A DNA stretch of 64,000 bases from Trichoplax adhaerens. Taxonomy: Eukaryota; Animalia; Placozoa. The DNA lies in the NCBI RefSeq assembly GCF_000150275.1, contig NW_002060943.1, forward strand, positions 7,386,066 through 7,450,065, in the 5' to 3' direction. The translations under genes and the position numbers were made by a program. The notes beneath the pieces were generated by a model. The model was given only the letters and a program-made list of their open reading frames with translations, was not told where the DNA came from and searched no databases. How positions within the stretch are numbered: the stretch's first letter is position 1; each line of letters starts with the position of its first letter. This document shows positions 43,501 through 56,831 of the stretch, in pieces.

Positions 43501-43774
43501 ATTTTGACGTTTAAAACTCTATTCCTATATGCATTTACTTATATCAAGTCGGAAGCTAAAGCCTAGCATAGTTACAATTCAAGAAGTTATAGCTGATTCT
43601 ATGGAAATAGACTGCCGTCAATTTTTGATAAGCTTAGCACAAAATGTACATGTTAGAAATGAAATAGGTAAGAGATATTGCATCAACGCTGATGGCATAT
43701 TAATTACTAAACTGCTGCACTATTTCTTGCGTTCACTACATGCAGAATTGGCTCGAAAAATTGTTCTGGAATAA
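40558..43774 (+). CDS. CSTPP1: CSTPP1 / C11orf49 (UPF0705), centriolar satellite-associated tubulin polyglutamylase complex regulator
   Basis: Mostly missed by the ORF track. Spliced reading: MADAMNLISEDEQYL/RKHHLLTYVE/DGVAQLVRYKEEHPQVNPNKFLHDY/FTSVHKGNHILYREYSFVRETPYNRSCFIAMFSRCFHHLGEKK/ELFNAKEYHSLLTLICADFPPSIVEDAIR/LFLGEDVTDLSIIFSDFLMAFQFRFFYD/EFVED.../...QFLISLAQNVHVRNEI/ELARKIVLE-stop. It matches remembered C11orf49 motifs (YL..RHVLTYMED, HILFREFSFVQATPHNR, KEYHCLLQLLCPDFP, FSDFLFAFQIQFYYSEF), and the exon phases are consistent. Confidence 0.88.
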
Positions 43775-46020
43775 TTCATGATTTCGAAGGAGCTATTTAC
43801 GTGGAATGTCTGCCACATGATTTACGTTTTATCTTATTACATTTATTACTTAAAGACTATTTATGTAGGTCGATTTTGCTGGATGGATAGTATAAACATG
43901 ATAGTATCGATGCAATTGATTTACATTTTATGTTATTAATTGCTTAAAGATTATTTATTTAGGTCGATATTACTAAATGTGCAGTGTAAGAATGATAAAT
44001 ATTAATACTATGTGAAGAAAATTGTACAGAGATGTGAATTTGCTGATTTAACCAATAAGTGACTATCAATCACATTAGACCCAAGCGCTGTTTAAAATTC
44101 TTTGTTTATAGCTTAAATACATTAACCTAGGGTATAAAAGACGCTCGAAATTACTGTAAATTGATTTTGCCACTTATAAGTTATTGTAATATTTATTAGA
44201 AGGAAAGAGATTGTAGATTAATTTCGGAATAGATTTATTAGATTTAAAGTGTATTGCATACTTGAAGATAGTTATAATATGACTTGCGAGAAATAAATTC
44301 ATTTTCCAAGGAGTTATAGCTTTGTCTTTCTACAGATTTTTTCTCCTAGATATTGTATATATTTTAATATTTACCTTCTTAACTCTAAATAATGTACAAT
44401 ACATGCTTGAAGTCAGAGGTAATATAAAAAATTGGATGGTAATCATGCGCATTTCTCTAGTGAGCAGTAGCTCTGTTTTTGCAGATATTTACAGGGATAT
44501 TTTACCTGAACTTTTATTATATGGATATTTCATTATATATTTATTAAATGGCTTTATTGGATGTAAAGGGTACAATATTGAATATTTGAAAATAGAGAAA
44601 ATAGACCGCTTAAAATTAGTAAACTTAGCTCCCTATAGGCCGTAGATCTGTCTTTTTGCAGCTATTTTATCTCTGCATTGAGAGCATACTACATGACATT
44701 TTGTTATAGTTAATCCAAGAGTAAGACAAATATAATATCATACTGTAACTCACAATCTTCTAAGATTGTTACTTATCCATTTCTTATTTACATGTCTTCC
44801 AAACACAGTTCTTCGATCCATTTTATTACTTTATAATTTGCCGGAGTCATCGTATGCTTTGATAAAGTTATTCCAATAGATCTCGGTTACAGCTAGATTA
44901 CCAGCGGATATTACATTTATTTTTAAAGCATTCTATTTTCCTGCTTTCATTAGCAGCTGCAGGAGACCACTATTTTACCTGTTGAAGCTGATTTATAGTA
45001 ATATCATACCATATAGTGATCACTTTTATCATATAGTAAACAAAGCCAATCAAGATCCGCTCTGCTTTGAGCTATTTGCATAAAAATGACTTTTAATTTA
45101 TTCTATCATAATAAGACAAAGACTAGAACGCATGAACAAGTCATATTTACCTTGTACATCTACATTTCTACAAATTTCTCTAATCTTGTTAAAGATTACT
45201 TACTGGCTGCTCTTTCTGTCTTATATCAAGAAATAAATCCCCTGCCTACCTCCTATTCTGCATCGTGTTTGAATTAATTTCTGAAGACTATCACCACCGA
45301 TTTTTGCATGTTATTGCCATCATTCTTGGTAAAACTGCAATTTAGCTAAATTGAATAAAATATCTTTATTGCTGAGTACTGTAGTCATGTGCTATTTTTC
45401 AACCTTTTTACTATTGTTCCCATCTTTGTTTTGCAGTAAAATGTACTGCAGATTCGTAACTAGAATAAAAGGAAGAAATTAACATTGAATATCAAGCTAG
45501 ATTTGGCTATCAAATTTACTTTGTAAGTTCAACTAGAATAATATCTGTGCGGACCCTTCTAATTACTACAGTAAAATTTTAGAGATTAACCTAAATTTCT
45601 CGCCTTTAGTGACTTTGCAAGGTGAGATAATGTTATAGAGCATAAGAAACGCTCCTTAGCATGTTTAGAATGTGCGAAGTAGTCGCCGTAGGATATCAGT
45701 TTTCGTTACTTAGAGGGTAGTATTTCTTCCAAAGTATTAGTTTCATGTATTAAAGACGGCAGCTCGATGGAGTGAAAGTGTGAAATTCTATTTTCATGTT
45801 ATAATAATCTTGGTTATAAGAAATCTTCATAATCTCGTTAAATTTCGACATTTATCTATCTTGCAGCTTGCTAGAACGCCCATTAACCAGATAGAATGAC
45901 AATAAATATCAATAACTTGAAGTAGCTTTTAGCTACCGAAATAAGATACTATAAATGTTCTTGCTTGATAGATATAGTGTGCTATAATTATAATTTCGAT
46001 TACTTGCAGCTCAACACGAA

Positions 46021-49000
46021 ATGGCGACGAATATTAATACCTTGAATTCTATAGAACTGCATCGACCTACTGTAAGTTTTGCTAAACTGTAGTAAGTAAA
46101 ATATAGTTTTACATGTTTTATTTATAAAATCTTTAAATTAAAGCTGCATATATCGACAAAAATGTAATTTTTATACGCTTTAATGAAGTTAGTCTTTGTA
46201 AGAGTAATCAAAGCATACTAAGATATTAAAATCGATAGGAAAATGTTAACATAATAAGGATTGGAATAGTTTAAAATATATGCAAGATCTTCAAATTAAA
46301 GTTGTCTATATCAACAGGAATATAATTTTTATACATTTTAATAATGAAATTGATCTTTGTAAGAGTTAGTAACCATACTTAAACACTGAAATCGATAAAA
46401 AGAGTGTTAATATTATAAGAATTGGAATAATTTAAAATATGTATGTAAGATCTTCAAATTAAAGGTGTCTATGTCAAGAGAAAGGATATTTTTATACGTT
46501 TTAATAAAGTTAATCTTTGTAAAAGTAAGATCTTTAGACTCTGAAATCGACAGAAAAGCATTAACATTATAAGAGTTGGAATAGTTTAAAATATATATCA
46601 AATCTTTAAATTAAAGCTATCTATATCAACAGCAATCAGGAAGGTCATTTTTATATATTTTAATGAGGTTGATCTTTGTAAGATTAAGTAAGCATATTAA
46701 GATACTGGAATTGACAGAAAAGTGCTAATGTTCTAAAAATTGTAACAGTTCAAAATCACACATGAAAAGTGTACCGCAAATTTCCAAATAATTTCAAGGT
46801 CTAATGTAACCCTTATTTATTTATAGTATACTTTTGCTGATATTTACGTGGCTGCTTCTGAAGGAAATGAACTGAAAGTGGCTAATTATGCGAAACAAAA
46901 TATTAATAAAGTTTGCTCACGCACAACCATGTCATTCTCATTTAATTTTGTAAGTTACCGGAGTAATTATCTTTATCGATTTAATAATGATCCCATCTAT
47001 TACAAGGGTTACCGTCTTATTAAGCATAATTTTTAATTCAAACTGTAGGAGGAAGGAGACACAGCTGTTCATTTAGCGTGTAAGAAATCAGATGCTAAAG
47101 CTTTACGATTATTATTTCAATATGGTGCCGATCCAACCAAGAACGATGTGAGTTATCGTAGATAAACGCATAAATTATGACGCCTTTCCTTACCAAAGCT
47201 CATAATAGTTTATCCCGTTAGTTATTTAGTTAATAACCAGATCTATATAACTAGGTTGTCGACAATAAACAAATAAATTATAGCATCTTTCCGCATTAAA
47301 GTACATAGAAATTTATCTTATTATTTACTAAGTTTCTTAATTTAGTTTCGTCTAGAACTATATTAGTAAGTTGTTGGAGATAAATGCATAAATTATAATA
47401 TCTTATTCCGCATTAAAGCATATGATAGTAAGTTATATTATTTACTTAATCTCTCAACTTAGTTATATCTAGATCTATATTACTACCGTAGAACATACAG
47501 TTGTACATCTCTGTAAAAAGTGACTCAGAATATATCGGGATTTTAATTTATACTTTTCAATGATATTATAATATCGTATATATATACAGTTGCCCGGCTA
47601 AGGGCGATATCTTATATTATTGCTTGTGGACTGGCAGAAAACATGAAAATCTAAATAGATCGCAAGTTGTTTGGATCTTTTAGTGCAGTCTAGGGAATTG
47701 ATATCAGTACAACAGCTGCATCTGTTCACGACTTGATCTTATGCAAACTTAGACCTCTACTCATATGTGATCTATTCTTACACTCTATCGCTTATAATCA
47801 ATCATAGGCACCATTTATATCTAACTATAAAGCTTTGAATCAGTTTATATAATGCTTCAACCATCACTCTAAATAAAATTTGACTTAATATGGATAAAAT
47901 TATAGCCAATTCAATATGCTGTTGGCCATGGTAGAGTAGAAATCTTACAAATCTTTCATGACAGAGGCTGTAGTTTGGATTATTCATCATCAGTGAGTTT
48001 TGGATACCTTGAATATCATTATTAAATTAGATAACGTACTTTAATACTTTTAATATTATTGTGAAATTTATAGGATGGCAGTACTTTAATGCACATAGCA
48101 GCAAAGTATGGCAAAAGCGAAAATTTACTATGGTTAATGCGTCATGGACTTGAAGTAGATCCGAGAGATCTGGTAAGAACAATCAAATATAATATTTCAA
48201 TCGTAAATTCAATAAGTTATTCAAACAGTGGTAAATTATATAATTTTTACTGTAATCAAGTTGTAAATATTTCAAATCTAACTGCAATTTCATTTATGTC
48301 TATATGTAATAATAATTTATGGATAACATGCTAATAATAAAGTAAAATAATTTATCGCAACAATGATGTACCATAAGGTATTAATAACATAATGAATTCT
48401 AAACAATTTTATTTGTGCTAATATAAGATACGCAGTTGTAAGTATTATCATAATCATTCTAATTAGAACAAAATATTCAAAACACTGGTAAAATATTTTT
48501 CGTATAGTTAAATTACTATAAGTAACTTTATATTTACGGATATATATATAATAAGGTAGTACGTAATTATAATAAAATTTAGTTATAAATTAGACTAAAG
48601 TATTCAAAGAGTGATGTCTATAGAGACTGTTTATGTACAAATTAGTTCTTTTTCTTATTATTTTCTGCCAGAATGAAAGAACTCCACTACATATTTCGAT
48701 TTTAAATGGTTTCTCGAGGACGGCTAGAGCGTTATTGAACTGCAAGGCCGATGTTAATGCGTTAGATAAGGTGGGTACCGAGGACAAAACTGCGTCAACG
48801 CTGGTTTCTTCTATTCTTTTCACCTTCTCATCATATCAAAAAAGTGGAATAATGTTCATTTCCTCATTTAGTTTGGCAATACTCCTCTCCATTTAGCTTT
48901 CTTACATGCTTATTATGGAGCCATAGTGCCGGTTCTACTCGAATATAATGCCGATATGACCATTTTGGGAAAGGTATAACTGTAAAGTTAATATTATTTT

Positions 49001-51800
49001 ATAATAGCAGATATATTTCAGCTAGCTATACATAACAATACTGTACTCTACGGCATACATTTTGATTACAAATTGACCCATTAATCAAAACAGCCTTGGA
49101 ATGTTTTTTTGGCTCTTTCTCTCGTAGAATAAGGACTCTGTGTTACATAAGGCCACAAGGAAAGGATATATGAAATTGTTAACAGTTTACAAGAGTCTTG
49201 GCCATGACTTAAATATAGTAAATGAGGTAAGGAATAGATCTCAGATGGCAGTTATTAACTATTTAGGTTATAAAACAATATATTTGTAATAAGGTCGTAA
49301 AGTTTATAGGATATAATCAAATTATATGAGTATTAAGATATCTTTATATTTGCCTTAAAAATCAGCATATGAAGTATCAAACTAAAACCATATTTATAGT
49401 GATTAATAAATCTCAACGTAAGAACGGAAGTACTCACAGTGAATTCATTTCTTCCGCGCTTTATTACTATACTTGTGTTCAAATAATTTAATGGAACGAT
49501 TGATTTAGTAATTAGTATGATATCGATAGCTTGAATAGAAAATCAAATTTAGGGATTTCTAACCTTTATCTAATACATTCATTGATTATCAGTGGCAGAA
49601 CAAAATTATTCTTAGAATAGGTTATATCATTTTGGCTCTTCTATAGGAAGGAATTACACCTCTACATGTTGCTGTGTCCTGTAAAGAGATTCAAATCATG
49701 GAATTTCTATTGAAGAATGGTGCTAATCCAAATTGCTTAGATACGGTAGAGATATTTGATAATATTATAATTCAAGATTGTTATTCAACAAATCTAAGCA
49801 GGGATATTGCATATTTACCGTAGTTATATTATGAATACTTTTATAATTTTACAAAGACACACTAAAATATTATTGAATACGAAAACTTATAGCTAGTTAA
49901 GTGCATTACAATGCATTACTTTGGTAGTAGAATAGAATTGATCAATTAATAATCAATCGTATAGCACCTTATTAATGGTAATAAATGGCAGCTACACGAC
50001 CTGTAATTGTTATTTTAGAGCTCAGTATTTAAGCTTTAAGAGACTTTTATGAAGAGTTTATATTAGAAATACACATCTATCAAATTGAACGCTTTTACTT
50101 TTAGTAGTTAATAGCACAAATAAATGGTTATCTAGGTGAAAGAATAAATATATATCTTATTGCTATTTTGAAACAGTCATTTAATATTTACTAGTATTTT
50201 AATGATTATATTGATAAAATACCGATAAAATATACAGTAGTTTAATAACTACATATCTTGTAAATATCATTATAACTTGCGATAACGTCCTGTTTAAGAA
50301 AATTTATAGCGATAAAATATTACGTAATTTAAGTAATTGCACCTCCATTTATAATCTTGAAATGCCTTACCAAACCTAGTATTTATTTAAAATTTATGTT
50401 AATGAAACAATGTGTTACTTGCTGTAGATGTAGAAAGTACCCAATTATATAGCTAATTTTACCACCAAATTCTTGCTTTTCAGAGCGGAAGATCTCCACT
50501 TTATTTTGCTGTCCATTCATGCTCACTGCAAGCTATTAAATTGCTCCTTCATTATAATGCAAATCCAAATATCACCTGTTGTGTAAGCTATTCGCTTTTG
50601 CTAATCTGGTAGCTTCATCAATTTATGTTGTCCTTTGCTAAATTGTGACATCTGGTGAAATTTCATGCAGAAAAAGACCAACGTTCCTCATACGCTTGGA
50701 GATACTTTATTACATCTTGCAATAAAAAATGGATCTTATGAATGTGCTCAGCTATTGCTTGCTAAAGGAGCCTTTGTAAACGGATGCAATGAAGTAAGAT
50801 AAATACTGTCGGATTAAGAATTAGCCTTCCGAGCTATCGTCTCATACCTACTTCATCTGCTCAATTTTAATTGTAATAGTTAATATTTGGTGCTGCAATT
50901 CTAAGCTGCTACAATAAATTTATGTAGGCTGGATTTACGCCATTGCATATTGCTATTAAAAAACAAAATATTAAATTAATCAAGTTACTTCTGGATCGAG
51001 GAGCCGACTGCAATCAGCAAGATGACGTAAGTTATTTTAAAATAACTTACGCAAGATTGCTGGATATTAATATTAATAAGTATTCTTACTGGTACCTATT
51101 AAGAAATAGATTTTCTTATTATTTGGATAGATATCTCTTTCCAGTTTATGTCAATTTAGGTCTTTCTAAGTACAAATTTATTATTCGAATTATTATTGCT
51201 AAATTTAAAAAGTGTTTTTAGTATTTGTGTACATATATTTTATACACGTGAGCCTGCCAACGGATAGTTCAGGAATTCCACCCATACCATAGAACGATGC
51301 GTTATAGTTTACTCATCTACCTCTCCATGTTCATATAAAATAACTCTTGACTTGGTCTTACTTTTCCCTTTAATGATAAGATATTCAAACTAGGAATAGT
51401 TGCATTTATAAGCTATGGTGAGATGAAATTAAATAATACATCTTACTATATTTTCACTTTATAGCGGGGCAATACTTCCTTACACATAGCCGTTAGAGAT
51501 GGCAATGTACACATTGTTGAAATCATCTTAGAAGTTGGTGGTAATATTGATGCTCTTAATAAGGTGAAAATAAGGATAGAACCTTTAGAAATATTTTGAA
51601 AAAATCTCACTAATGCTTAATATGATATTAGATGGATTGAATCAAGGTATAATGACTGATTTTTGTCATATTTTATCTTGACTTGATAGTCTTCACAGAC
51701 TTCTCTCGATTGCGCAATAGAAAGGAATGATGACGAGGTTATTAGAAGGTTAGTTGAAGCGATTGAAAGTTCACAGGAGAAACGAAGTCTGCAATTATGA
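46021..51800 (+). CDS. Ankyrin-repeat protein (about 11 repeats, essentially one per exon)
   Basis: Phase-0 exons of about 99 bp: 47049-47147 (GDTAVHLAC), 48074-48172 (GSTLMHIAA), 48672-48770 (RTPLHISI), 48872-48973 (GNTPLHLAF), 49128-49226, 49647-49745 (GITPLHVAV), 50484-50582 (GRSPLYFAV), 50671-50793 (GDTLLHLAI), 50928-51026 (GFTPLHIAI), 51464-51562 (GNTSLHIAV), and last exon about 51690-51800 ending in TGA. The start ATG at 46021 (MATNINTLNSIELHRPT) is tentative. Confidence 0.88.
46100..46760. repeat. ~160-bp diverged tandem repeat (4 copies) in the first coding intron of the ankyrin gene
   Basis: atctt(t/c)aaattaaag...tat(a/g)tc(a/g)a...tttttata...ttaat.aa.tt..tctttgtaa at about 46130, 46287, 46450 and 46602. 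Confidence 0.85.
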
Positions 51801-54800
51801 ACTCTATTGCCAGTGTCTCCACCCAGAAAGGAAGAACAATATTGTATTTCCCAATATTTACAACAAAGAAATGAAATTAAATTTACTGTTGTGAAATATA
51901 TTACTAGTATCGCATGACAATCAGAAAGACCGATACATTACCCTTATAATTACGGCGAGAAAGATTTTTTATTATTTACGACAAAAAAAGGAATTAAATT
52001 TGTTATCGTGAAATTTTATATTCAGTACATTATCCTTTATAGGTACAACAAAGAGGAATGAAATTTTGTTATATGTAGTTAGAGTAATAGGGAAATTTAT
52101 TACTATGTGGTATATTGAGCTGCTATTACATTATTTTTATGCATGGATATCGAAGATATTCTAGTGGATTTACTTAAAATACTAATTTAATTACCACATA
52201 ACATCCAAACAGCGCTATTGATATATTAAACCGTCTAAAGGAATAAAAACACTTATCATCATCTCTGAAAAGTTTGTCAAATTTGTACTACTATACCTCT
52301 CATTACAAATACTTTCTTACAGATTTTATTTATTTAAAGTATCATTTCTTATTCCTATAAACTGCGTCTTTGGAAAATCGAATTTTCTAATGAAGCAAAA
52401 ATACTTGAAATACTCTATGCATTTACTTAAAATTGTAATTCCTCATACCATAAACTGCATACGCAGTATATCAAATGAATTATCTAAAGGACTAAAAATG
52501 CTTATCGTAACATCTGTAGAGATTACTGATTTGCTGCTGCAGGGTCTTTTTATGTGGGAAATATCCAGTATATTCTAATTGGCTTACGTGATTAAGATAT
52601 TAATTTTTCTATACCCCTATACAATATCCTTAGCATATTAAATTGTTGAAAGAAATGAAAATATCGCAATATCTACAGAACTTAAATTATTAATCTCTAG
52701 CTTCGGATCATCTTATGCTTGAATATCAGATATTTTTTCACAAATTCACCTAAAATACCTATTTTCTGACGTCTTAAGAGTCTCCTTGATATATCATATT
52801 GCCGAAAGAAATAATATCTATATAATATATTCTAGAGAGCTTTTATCAATTTTAAGTTACCGAATCTTTTATATGCATGAGCTATCTTCAAACAAAACCA
52901 TTCATCAGCAAGACTTTTTGAAATCTTAATAGTATGCAATTCAGATTTAAACAATAAACTCAATTTTAAATCTATGACTGCAAGCAATTTATTTCAAACG
53001 AAGAGTAATTATATGTAATCATCATTGAAGAAGCAATCAAAAACTAGGGCCGTATATTTTAGTGTTGAACACAATTTATATTTATATAACTGATTTATGC
53101 TAGAAACTGCTTTTTGAATCAAAGATCAGTATCCCTGAAATTCATGGTGAAATGCTTAGAGTACAAGATTTTAATTCTTATATTAAAGTCTGTCAGTTTA
53201 CAGTTATAATCGTTTTCATGCTGGTACTGATTTCAAATAAGAAAGTGTTCATAAACCACGATAGAAGGCCATAATGAAGGTAGAAGTAGAATGATGCAGA
53301 TTTAGTAAATACAACATAGTACGTATAACATGCCTAGTAACTCTGATATTGGGTTACAATCATCAAAGCTAATAAAGCTACTATTTCCAACGTATATTTA
53401 ATAAAATAGAAATGGTATGTGCAACAAGCATGATAAATATGATATTATGTTGCAATCGTCAAAGCTAATAAAAATTATTATTTTAACAGCCCATTTCTAT
53501 TGCGTTGATATAGTTTATGACCACAGAATAATGATGTCGCTGATCATGCCATGAGATCGGTATTAAAATACTCATTCGTAGATCAACTTAGCATTAGATT
53601 AATGATGATTACTTTTAGCTAAAAGATTGATTCTTTCATTGATTTGCATAAATGGCATGATTTGTTGTTGCAGAAAGAAATCACATGATTTAAATCAATA
53701 ATAGCATAGGAGTATCCTATAAATTATATAGACAATTATTATTTATTATTATTTCATTGTTCTCCTAGATTTCATTATTAATTGAAAAAATTTCGGTGAT
53801 AACCGATCAATAAAATAATACATAAGCATCAAAATTCTACACGAAATTAAACGGAAAATGAGTAACGGATTGTTATCTTCTTTCTTTAGAAGGCATAATG
53901 AGACAGTATAGCATGGATTAACGGGAAAGAGTTGCTTTTCGATCTAGCCTACGGCTAAGTTTCCGGTGAAAAAAATGCTGAAATAGAATGATGGGCTCAA
54001 TTAATGGACGATATAATTGCTTTCTATCGGTTATTGTTTTGTTAATATCATCACCAACGCCTTTACTTGTCAAAGAATATTTAGCCGGTAAACAGCATAT
54101 TGGAATGTATATATTAGTTCTATCAATATAAAAAAAATGCACTATGTAGCTGTAATGTATTTTTCTTGAGCTTGTTACCATCTCTATCCTAGTTGAGGCT
54201 GGCTAAGAAACTAAAATTGACAAGCTAGAGCACAAGCTATTTCTGACAAAGCAGATACCATCATATTGACGAACATCGTCATCATTCAGTATAATTATTT
54301 ACTATCATACATTGCTATCATTTTTAAATTTCTCTGTAGGTGTTGAGGTCATTTTGATGATTCATTATTTTAATTACTGGAATAAAATCTACATTATGGG
54401 TATACTGTAGATAATATACATGTTTGTTATTCATCATGCCTTTGCGTAGAACTGTCTTGTAAATTACAAAATAGAACTCTAGTGATGGTACTACATGTCA
54501 TTATTGTTCTACTTTGTGAATCTGTTCGTGGAGATCAAATTTTCTTAATAAGTTATTCCATTTGCTTTACCTTCCGTTGGAGTTAAGTAATGACGGAAAA
54601 TCATCACCACATCCACTTATTTCATGCTCGTATAAATAACTATTATCTATTCTTGTCAACAGTACTAAATGTGCTGTATAACTGCTATGCAAAGTAACTA
54701 ATTATAAAGTCTGATTGAAGATGCTGACATGTATGAAATAGATACCCTATTTACTCATTTCCGTACGTCAGTCAATTAAATAATCTCCGCTTAATTTAAG

Positions 54801-55624
54801 CAAGGGATAAACACCTTAGCTAGGCACTATTTTTGACTACATTCCAATTTATTTCACTTGCAAGCATACGACCATAATATCTCTATTCCGTACCTCATTG
54901 TGCTTTAAGGTTAGGTTATTCTGCTTATTTGTTAAAAGTGTTTAATTCCAATAACTTACTCAAGATCATAAACCATGATCTACAAAAGATCTTACAACTT
55001 GATATCGTGACCTCTGTATGCAAATTACTTCGTCCTGACCTTTCCGCACTTTCTTAAAGTCTTCTATACTTTACACCTTACAATTGACGTCATAAAAAAT
55101 TTATCAAGATCGAAAAATGTAAATCATTGATGTATATATCCTTATATTATTAGCAATTCGTTGTACGGTAATGAAAACCCATTTAACTTCTTTGCAATCC
55201 ATTTAATTATTTAATGTAGTCCATTTTACTACCAGAACAGCATTATTCCATTAGAATAGAGAATCTATTATTATACAATACCGATCCATATTGAATACTA
55301 TAGTTAGAAAGTCGATGCATTAACCATTATTAAAAGCACTCTTCCAATTTTATAAAATCGTAAGGGATCCATATTTGATCATATTGCAAAATCTTGAGAC
55401 TTGAATTGTTCCGCATGTATAAAGACTTTTCCATTTAGTCTATTTTAACGCAGTTAAAAGGGTATTGTGTGACCTTTTTGCATTTATCTACATTTAATAT
55501 CGTTAATTATATTACTCATACACTACAATAATTCAACATCCATAAGCATAATCCACTATACTGAATAGATCCATAGTAAATATATTATCCTGTAGCAACA
55601 AAAACGTCGCTATCTTTTTCGTGG

Positions 55625-56070
55625 CATATCATAGCTATTTTTATTCTAATGCCTAGGCATGCCAATGGATTGTATTCCAATTTACTTTAATAATGCGACT
55701 CATATAGAACTGAAAGAGGAGCTATCACTCTGGCAAAGCTATCATTTACCCTCTATAATACTCTCCTATTTTATTTTAATGCCAAAAGATACTACTAGAT
55801 TGTATTCCAATTTATTTAATAACACGACACATCTAGAACAGAATAGGAGCTATCGCTCTAGTAAAGTTATCATTCACCATTGGGATACCATTTGATTGTA
55901 TTCCAATTTTCTTTAATAATGCGAATCATCCAGAACTGAAATAGGAGTTGCCTCTCTACTAAAGCTATCATTATCATCTATAATGCTCTCCTACTTTATT
56001 CTAATACCTAGAGATCCACACTTGATTGCATTCCAATTTATTTTAATAATATAAGGCAAATAAAACTGAA
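55625..56070. repeat. ~110-130 bp diverged tandem repeat (about 4 copies) upstream of the KIAA1549-like gene
   Basis: gattgtattccaattt...ttaataa...agaact/cgaa..ggag at about 55668, 55798, 55894 and 56024. Confidence 0.8.
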
Positions 56071-56645
56071 ACATTCGCTACTATTCAAATTATTATAACT
56101 AAGTGTATATAGCCATCATTCATCAGTCGTAACCATGATGTGATGAACGCCTTCGGGATTTTTGGAATGAAAGGCCTCCAAAAGTGAAATTTCTCCCTGT
56201 ATTAATACTACCTCGCATTAAAGCATTACTCGATGCTATACTGTAGTTACCTTCTTTCTATTTTCCATTATTACAGTACATTAATAAAATGGACAATAGA
56301 TGAGAGCGCGGCAAGGCTATAGATAGACCAGCCATTTTGGTTAAGCTATTTCTACCTGACTAGCATAGTATTGATACGGATACAATAGAGCAAGTAGTAT
56401 ACTGAGCAGTTTCTCTATCGAATCTACTCTTGAACTGTATAGAATAACTGGAGAATACGTCATATTAGATGCACCCGCAGTCCTGCGCAAAATCCATCAT
56501 ATTACTGTACAGTGTACAGTACTATATACTGTAAAATTCGATTGCATCTTACTATCAAATTCGTTGAGAATTACAGTACAAAATATTGTAATAAGAAAAT
56601 TATACCGTAGCAATGAAAAGTGCGATGACGGCGTTATTTTTGGCC

Positions 56646-56659
56646 ATTGCCATGGTAAC
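56646..56659. promoter_or_regulatory. Near-consensus RFX X-box (attgccatggtaac; reverse complement gttaccatggcaat) upstream of the KIAA1549-like gene
   Basis: 13 of 14 positions match the palindromic GTTRCCATGGYAAC. It lies about 175 bp upstream of ATG 56832 in a locally GC-richer patch. Confidence 0.65.
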
Positions 56660-56831
56660 GCATCCACATCAGCCCGTGCTGGGCTGTACTAGCGGTTATA
56701 TTAAAGTGCTGAAAGGATACAAAGACTTGATATAAAGTCTTTCAGATAACTAAGGGCAAGCATTTTTTCCATGAAATTCTATCATTCTAAGTTATTTGCT
56801 TACTGAAGAACTTGATGCCGCAATTAGTGTT

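Noticed and set aside
44322-44645. 107-aa hydrophobic ORF
   Set aside because: Non-ATG start, AT-rich F/I/L/Y composition typical of random non-coding DNA, and no motif.
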